DNA of 64,000 bases from Candidatus Dojkabacteria bacterium (GTDB lineage Bacteria > Patescibacteriota > Dojkabacteria > J137). The notes beneath the pieces were generated by a model. The model made no database searches. It saw only the letters and a list, made by a program, of their open reading frames with translations, and was not told where the DNA came from. Below, one piece after another: positions 58,765 to 64,000 of the stretch (within the stretch, counting starts at the first letter, position 1; each line of letters starts with the position of its first letter). Both the position numbers and the translations under genes were made by a program. The stretch covers positions 18,218-82,217 of the forward strand of contig JBDTVZ010000001.1 of the NCBI GenBank assembly GCA_040006935.1, written 5' to 3'.

Positions 58765-59880
58765 CGTATAGTATTGCTCAAAGAGAACTTTATCTGAAAG
58801 CTTTTCAAAAGCCTTAGTCGAAACTTCTTGGTTTAATTTAAAGTTAGTTTTCTCACAAAGTTTAATTGCCTCAGAAACTTTATTAACTAAATCAACAATA
58901 TTTTTTCTTTCAAATACCAAATTATCAATTCCCAAAGTTTTAGCCATTTCAATATTACTTTCAGCATTAGAAAACACTCCTACATTGCCTAAAGCACTAG
59001 CTTCTTGATTAGCAAGAGAAAACCCCTCACTTAGTGAAGAATTGATGAAAATAGAGCTTGTAGAGAGCAAACTAAATACTTCCTCTTGCGGTAACAACCG
59101 ATTCTGAACTGATACATTGGAAGGGTAACTATAATCACCTGGTTTTATTTCAAAATCCCCTTTACCTATTAACTGAAACTTCCAATTTGGATATTTTGTA
59201 CTTAAAATTTCATATGCTTTTGCTACAGTTTCAGGATCCTTCACGATGGATATTCTAGATATGAAAGATATTGTTTTCTCTTTCTTTGTAATATCGTATT
59301 TACTGACTTTATCGCTATTAAAACCTGTATTTATCACAATAACTCTATCTTTAATCTTTGGATGAAGGTTAATTAATATGTTCTTAGTATATTCCGAAAT
59401 TGCAACGACAGCTTTTGCTTTAAATACTATGCTTCCAAATACAAATTTATCTAAAAAAGCCATCAATTTATTTGCACCTCCAGATTTGAAGATATTTGGC
59501 TGAAAACCACTATCAATATAGATGTAATTTATTCTCATTAATACACAAAGTACAAAAGCAATATAACTTGTAGTGAAATGCCTACCATTAATAATTACAA
59601 CTTTATTCTTAGTTTTAAGAAAAAACTTTAAAACAGTAAAAAAGAACTTTAAAGTTACAAATGGATATAACCCTCCAAAAAGCATCTTAGCCCTAATTGA
59701 CATTTTTAAAATCCCATTCTCTTGCCTGGTGTAATTTTCACTTGAACAAAAAATAGCAGTAGTTTTAATATGTGGCTTAGATACTAAAAAACTTAGTAAA
59801 TTATATGCAAAGGTTTCAACACCACCTACATGAGGAAGAAAAAGGTGGGAAATTGAGATTACATTTATTTCTTGTTCCAT
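58741..59880 (-). CDS. glycosyltransferase family 4 (GT-B)
   Basis: 379 aa; the C-terminal EGFSLANQEASALGNVGVFS motif (E.7E-like). Confidence 0.8.
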   Translation of the reverse strand: MEQEINVISISHLFLPHVGGVETFAYNLLSFLVSKPHIKTTAIFCSSENYTRQENGILKMSIRAKMLFGGLYPFVTLKFFFTVLKFFLKTKNKVVIINGRHFTTSYIAFVLCVLMRINYIYIDSGFQPNIFKSGGANKLMAFLDKFVFGSIVFKAKAVVAISEYTKNILINLHPKIKDRVIVINTGFNSDKVSKYDITKKEKTISFISRISIVKDPETVAKAYEILSTKYPNWKFQLIGKGDFEIKPGDYSYPSNVSVQNRLLPQEEVFSLLSTSSIFINSSLSEGFSLANQEASALGNVGVFSNAESNIEMAKTLGIDNLVFERKNIVDLVNKVSEAIKLCEKTNFKLNQEVSTKAFEKLSDKVLFEQYYTLVTTFRK

Positions 59881-59913
59881 AACTTTGTAAAGTAATACAA
59901 TGATATTGTATAC

Positions 59914-60612
59914 TTATGCCTTCAAAGATGCGAATCTATTAGAGATTAACCAGCCTAAGTGACTTAAACCAGTTTTTAGATATTGTTGTTTAGAGTTACC
60001 TTTAGATCTTCTGTTTTGTCTAATTGAATACTCACCCATTTTCAAATCTTTATTTTTTGCAACGTTAATTTTTATTTGAGGGCTTAAGTTCCAATCTCCT
60101 TGAGTTAAATTAAGTTGAGATTTAACCTCTTTTCTAATAAACCACATACCGGAGAGTATGTCGTTAAAGTACTTTCCATAAAGTATAAAGGCAGTGATAT
60201 TAAGCACATAAACTCCTAACTTTTGTATAGCACTAATTTTAGAACCTTTAGCTGGAGGAAGTCTATGGCAATACATAAAGTCGTACTTAGAATCTATAAA
60301 TTTATCCAACATTACGGTTAAATTATCTAACGGGTGTTCTGCATCTCCGTCTATAGAAAGAATTATATCTCCCGTAGCTTTTTCTATACCAGTCATATGG
60401 GCAAAACCATAACCTATTCCATTTAACTCTCTGTCATCTTTGAATGCTTTAAATCCAAGCGATAAGGCTTTCTCATAGGTATCATCTGTAGATCTATTGC
60501 TTACCACAATAATCTCATCTACAAAACTAGGTATAGAAGATTTAATCGTTTCCAGATTATTAGATTCATTCCTACAAGGAATATAGATTGTTACTTTGTT
60601 ATTTCTATACAT
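59914..60612 (-). CDS. glycosyltransferase family 2, polyprenyl-phosphate sugar synthase (DPM1/ArnC-like)
   Basis: 232 aa; IYIPCRNE...VVSNRSTDDT...DGDAEHP (DXD region). Confidence 0.85.
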   Translation of the reverse strand: MYRNNKVTIYIPCRNESNNLETIKSSIPSFVDEIIVVSNRSTDDTYEKALSLGFKAFKDDRELNGIGYGFAHMTGIEKATGDIILSIDGDAEHPLDNLTVMLDKFIDSKYDFMYCHRLPPAKGSKISAIQKLGVYVLNITAFILYGKYFNDILSGMWFIRKEVKSQLNLTQGDWNLSPQIKINVAKNKDLKMGEYSIRQNRRSKGNSKQQYLKTGLSHLGWLISNRFASLKA

Positions 60613-60718
60613 ATGATGCTATTAGTATATACTAATTATATCATAAATAGAGCAAAAACTCAATTTTGAGGAGACCAACAATGCTTTACTGTAGATCCAA
60701 TCGAAGAGATTACTAGAA

Positions 60719-60997
60719 TTATTGTACGCTGCTGACTTCCAGTCCCTTATCTTCTAAACACAATTGATAAAGGTAAGTAGAAGGTTCCGTTCTAGTCACT
60801 CCATTGGCAGTATTAGTTACTGTTGCACTCTTAAAACAGCCGTCAATTGCATCGTTTTTTGTCTTTTGTACTTCAAGAGAGTACGTATCTTGAGCTATTT
60901 TTAGGTAATCTGCTGACCTTATGAATGCAACATAAGCAAGGATACCTATAGCTATAATGAATGCGATTCCTAGTAGAAAATTTATAAATACCTTCAT
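60719..60997 (-). CDS. small membrane-anchored protein
   Basis: 92 aa; N-terminal TM; two Cys. Confidence 0.5.
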   Translation of the reverse strand: MKVFINFLLGIAFIIAIGILAYVAFIRSADYLKIAQDTYSLEVQKTKNDAIDGCFKSATVTNTANGVTRTEPSTYLYQLCLEDKGLEVSSVQ

Positions 60998-61109
60998 AGT
61001 GATAACTTAATAAATATATGATGATTATATATTAAGGATGAATTTATCTCAAATAAAAAGGCGACAATTTATATTGCCGCCTTTTAAATACTTTAGAAGT
61101 TCTGTAAAC

Positions 61110-61388
61110 TTACTTTTTAAGTTTGTTCTTAATATATTTACCGTTTAGTATAAGTACTAAGCCCGCATTGAATGCTGCTCCAATAGCTATTACATCAAAT
61201 GCTCCTATCTGACCGGGATTATCATCTTGAAAAATAATACCAGTATTTGCGCATGTAGTAATACCATATGCTCCAACTGTACAAGTTTGACCACCAGCTG
61301 CTGAAACAGTATTTATATTACTAAATACAAATGTAAATAGGAACATTGATATTGCTACTATTATTAATTTTATTATATTTTTTGTCAT
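61110..61388 (-). CDS. small secreted Cys-containing protein with a C-terminal hydrophobic segment and basic tail (possible sortase substrate or pilin-like)
   Basis: 92 aa; signal peptide ending ...NTVSAAG; C-terminus AIGAAFNAGLVLILNGKYIKNKLKK resembles a cell-wall sorting signal but has no LPXTG. Confidence 0.5.
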   Translation of the reverse strand: MTKNIIKLIIVAISMFLFTFVFSNINTVSAAGGQTCTVGAYGITTCANTGIIFQDDNPGQIGAFDVIAIGAAFNAGLVLILNGKYIKNKLKK

Positions 61389-61456
61389 ATTATTTTTATA
61401 TAAAACTATTGTTTTAATATATAAGCATTATACACTCAATATACCAATTTGTCAAG

Positions 61457-62134
61457 TTATCTAATCAAAGTGGCATAGACAATTATCCTTTCTGGTGAAT
61501 AATAATCTATACATGTGTACATTATTAAGTCTGCTAATTTTGAGACATGATTAGAAGTCTCAATTGCATTAACCTGATACCTATATTGTTTACCATTCCA
61601 ATTTATTGTGACTATTTCTCCACCTTTTAATTGATCGAATTCCGTGAATAAGTTGGCATTTCTCCAATCCCAAGATATGTTATTTTCACCCCATCTATGA
61701 GCTGCGAGAACAATAGGTAGCTCATTATTGTCTGGAGTACCATAATTCGGATCTCTCCAAACACCTGCAGCTAAAGCAGCCTCTTGGTTTGTAGATTCGT
61801 AGATTGTTGTATTTATTTTGATTCCGCTTACTTGTACAGTAGCACCTGTAGTAGTTACCGTATTCCCTACGACAAACTGTAATGGTTTTACCTTAGTTTC
61901 ATTAACAACTGTAGCTGTAAATGGATCTTTAAAGGTATATTTTGGAGTAGGTTTTACATCTGATTGTGCAAAAATAGCTGTTGATAGGATTTTATCTTCT
62001 TTTTGAGCCTCAAAAACATTAGTTTCAGCTTTAGGTGCAAAATTGATAAAAGACAAGAAAGCTATCGGGATTATCATCAGAATAATTCCGATCAAAATAT
62101 TTATATTGGCAAAGGTTTTTAGCACTTTTTTCAT
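61457..62134 (-). CDS. sortase-family transpeptidase
   Basis: 225 aa; N-terminal TM; catalytic His in LAAHR, Cys in LIMYTCID (TLxTC-like), and a C-terminal Arg (RIIVYATLIR). Confidence 0.75.
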   Translation of the reverse strand: MKKVLKTFANINILIGIILMIIPIAFLSFINFAPKAETNVFEAQKEDKILSTAIFAQSDVKPTPKYTFKDPFTATVVNETKVKPLQFVVGNTVTTTGATVQVSGIKINTTIYESTNQEAALAAGVWRDPNYGTPDNNELPIVLAAHRWGENNISWDWRNANLFTEFDQLKGGEIVTINWNGKQYRYQVNAIETSNHVSKLADLIMYTCIDYYSPERIIVYATLIR

Positions 62135-62215
62135 ATACCAATTATATCACAAAACGAAGTGTTTTACGAGGCATCAGGATTGTGGATCATGCTAAGAGTG
62201 ATGTGAGAAGAAGTT

Positions 62216-62288
62216 CCCTCTCCTTTCAAGGAGAGGGCTAGGGTGAGGTCATACCGCCCCAAAACCATGACATACATCTGGGCGGTCC
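62216..62288 (+). repeat. GC-rich two-hairpin intergenic repeat, copy C
   Basis: CCCTCTCC-TTTCAA-GGAGAGGG-CTA-GGGTGAGGTCATACCGCC-loop-GGGCGGTCC; hairpin 2 is identical to copy A. Confidence 0.8.
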
Positions 62289-62313
62289 ATATTTAGATTT
62301 GCTTATTGATTGT

Positions 62314-63543
62314 TTACCGCCTTAACTCTAAATCTCTCAAACTAAATCTTAAGTTTAGTATATTCAAGAATAAGAAAAGTATATTAGCTAGAAGTAACAA
62401 AATCGGAAGTAATGAAATCCCAAATATATTTATTAAAAGTACTGAAAGCACTAGGAACGAAATACTTTGAATTAAAGCAGCATTTCTATATCTATTTTCG
62501 AAACCTAAAGCCATTAAAGCCGATAATATAGGTGAAGTAACAATGTAGATCAAAACACCCCCAAGAATAGGGTAAAAGTACTGTAAGCCATTATCTGCAA
62601 TTTCCTGGTTATAGACAATTCTTAGGGCTAACCCAGCTAGAGGAATACTTAAAAGGAAGATTGCGACACAGAATGCAGATAATATTTTTATATACCTAAA
62701 CATCGACTCAACAAGCTCTTTCATTTTACCCTGCGCAACTAAGTGACTAAATTCCGGTAAGAGTTTCGTTTGTAATATTACGGATAGCACTATTGGTACA
62801 GTTGCCAAAGTACTTACAGATTTATAAATTCCGTTTTCATAATTACCAGCATAGTTGGTCACAAGTATTGAATCCCATTGTCCCATAATCACATAGGCCA
62901 TTATAGAAATTAATACATTTGCTGCAAAAATAACAAAGCGCTTATCGTATTTAGCTTTTGAAAAGTCTATTAGCTTATCTTTAAATAACTTTTGAAGAGG
63001 AATTATTGAGAATAAGAGCCAAGCAAAGGCTCTACTTAATAGGAAAGCATTTATTACATCTGTGATTTTCAAGAAGTATAGAACAAAAGTAAGTCCAATA
63101 AATATTAATGAAGAAATTGTAAAGTAGAGACTGGTTCGAAAATCGTCTCTAAGTCCATTAAAAATGAGAATAAATACGTTGCTCGCAGAAAATATTAGTA
63201 TTAAAGCCATTTGCCAACCATAACCGAAGGAGATTCTATAACCAGTAGCCCAATCAAGTAGTAGAAACAAAACTCCACCAATTAAAACTAGCACAATCTC
63301 TGCATAAACCGAGAACGAAATTCTCTCAACTCTGTCTGTATTTTGAGCAACAAACTTTTGAGCAGCTTCTGGTAAGCCAAAATCCGTTAAAACTCCAACA
63401 ATAGTAATCAAAGCAATAAAGTAATTTAATAATCCTATCTCGTCTGTACGAGCAAATTTACTCAATACAAAAAGAATAATTACGGGACTTGTGCTTGATA
63501 GTACTCGAGAGATTCCGGGAAGAACAGATTTTATAAATTTCAT
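62314..63543 (-). CDS. MOP-superfamily polysaccharide flippase (Wzx-like)
   Basis: 409 aa; ~12 TM helices; length and topology typical of polysaccharide biosynthesis transporters. Confidence 0.7.
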   Translation of the reverse strand: MKFIKSVLPGISRVLSSTSPVIILFVLSKFARTDEIGLLNYFIALITIVGVLTDFGLPEAAQKFVAQNTDRVERISFSVYAEIVLVLIGGVLFLLLDWATGYRISFGYGWQMALILIFSASNVFILIFNGLRDDFRTSLYFTISSLIFIGLTFVLYFLKITDVINAFLLSRAFAWLLFSIIPLQKLFKDKLIDFSKAKYDKRFVIFAANVLISIMAYVIMGQWDSILVTNYAGNYENGIYKSVSTLATVPIVLSVILQTKLLPEFSHLVAQGKMKELVESMFRYIKILSAFCVAIFLLSIPLAGLALRIVYNQEIADNGLQYFYPILGGVLIYIVTSPILSALMALGFENRYRNAALIQSISFLVLSVLLINIFGISLLPILLLLANILFLFLNILNLRFSLRDLELRR

Positions 63544-63672
63544 ATGTTTTAAGTTAAATAAGCTGCTTAATTATATATGAACCTCGAGGGAAGAGCTAGA
63601 AGGAAGATGTCATTCGTAGGGTCCGTCGATCGACGAACCTAGAGATTCATATTCATATGCAAAGCTAAACAA

Positions 63673-63754
63673 GGACCGCACAAAGAAATATCCTGCTTTC
63701 GGTGCGGTAGAAACCCCTCCGGCTACACCACCTCCCCTTTGATCAAAGGGGAGG
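63673..63754 (-). repeat. diverged member of the two-hairpin repeat family, copy D
   Basis: GGACCGCAC-loop-GTGCGGTA...CCTCCCCTTT-GATC-AAAGGGGAGG: the same architecture with different stems. Confidence 0.4.
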
Positions 63755-63861
63755 GTGGGTGGAGTTAGTTATTCTCAACCCTTAATCACAAAATCCATTT
63801 TCTCATTCCTTCATTTTTCTGATAGAATATTTTTGCACAATAACTTTTACTAAATTCCTCA

Positions 63862-64000
63862 ATGGGAAAATTAAATTCTCTTTTTAATCCTAAAAGTGTA
63901 GCAATAGTCGGAGTTTCCGAAGATCCCGCAAAATTAGGTTCCGTAATGCTTTCTAATTTGAACGAAGGCAAATATAAAGGTGAAATCTACCCTGTAAATC
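63862..64000 (+). CDS. partial CDS (5' end): CoA-binding domain protein / NDP-forming acyl-CoA synthetase N-terminus
   Basis: MGKLNSLFNPKSVAIVGVSEDPAKLGSVMLSNLNEGKYKGEIYPVNP matches the CoA-binding Rossmann N-terminus of the SucD/ACS-alpha family; it runs off the window end; the antisense ORF 63786-63971 was rejected. Confidence 0.7.
   Translation, partial: MGKLNSLFNPKSVAIVGVSEDPAKLGSVMLSNLNEGKYKGEIYPVN

Noticed and set aside
63786-63971. 61-aa minus-strand ORF
   Set aside because: The + strand here encodes a convincing CoA-binding-domain N-terminus starting at 63862, so the minus ORF is the antisense artefact.
1-64000. Alternative genetic code (UGA reassignment, code 25), as in some AT-rich candidate phyla
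   Set aside because: Long genes such as pyrG, tgt, pheS and the giant ORFs are intact under the standard code and several end at TGA. I see no evidence of recoding. The single in-frame TAA in VirB4 is therefore treated as a split, mutation or error.
1-64000. CRISPR arrays, rRNA genes, integrases or transposases
   Set aside because: I saw no regularly spaced direct repeats, no rRNA-like conserved blocks, and no DDE or tyrosine-recombinase ORFs in the six-frame track.

Overview
This is a 64 kb window from a compact, AT-rich (about 30% GC) bacterial chromosome with genes on both strands and short or overlapping intergenic regions. The gene content (sortase, GH18, standard genetic code, small genes) suggests a reduced-genome, monoderm-like lineage, possibly CPR/Patescibacteria-like, though the phylum cannot be fixed from sequence. 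Housekeeping genes are rnhA, miaA, a class III nucleotidyl cyclase, rmuC, epmA with efp, a pheS carrying an unusual N-terminal AlaX-like domain, tgt, prmC, hpf, pyrG, Hsp20 and Nudix. There is a zinc-homeostasis neighbourhood (Fur/Zur-family regulator, ZIP transporter, COG0523 GTPase), an ABC exporter pair, and a cell-surface cluster (GT-C-like membrane protein, GT4, GT2, MOP flippase, sortase and a small putative sortase substrate). The accessory content is more interesting. (1) An ~18 kb locus has two giant ORFs (2185 and 1811 aa) plus satellites, convergent with a VirB4/TrbE-like ATPase that is itself interrupted by an in-frame TAA. (2) A tRNA-Gly(CCC)-like gene is split in its anticodon loop by a 173-nt insert that carries a complete tRNA-Gly(UCC) inside a 10-bp leader/trailer helix. 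(3) Next to those tRNAs is a GC-richer island with a foreign-looking Ser/Thr/Gly-rich membrane protein, a 37-bp palindrome and a clean terminator. (4) A family of GC-rich two-hairpin intergenic repeats occurs in at least four copies, and a ~240-nt GC-rich non-coding segment follows one of them. (5) A poly-C7 tract frameshifts one gene. (6) There is a collagen-like protein with a BclA/C1q-like C-terminal domain, and (7) three tandem diverged paralogs sit between efp and pheS. No CRISPR array, rRNA, integrase or reverse transcriptase was seen.
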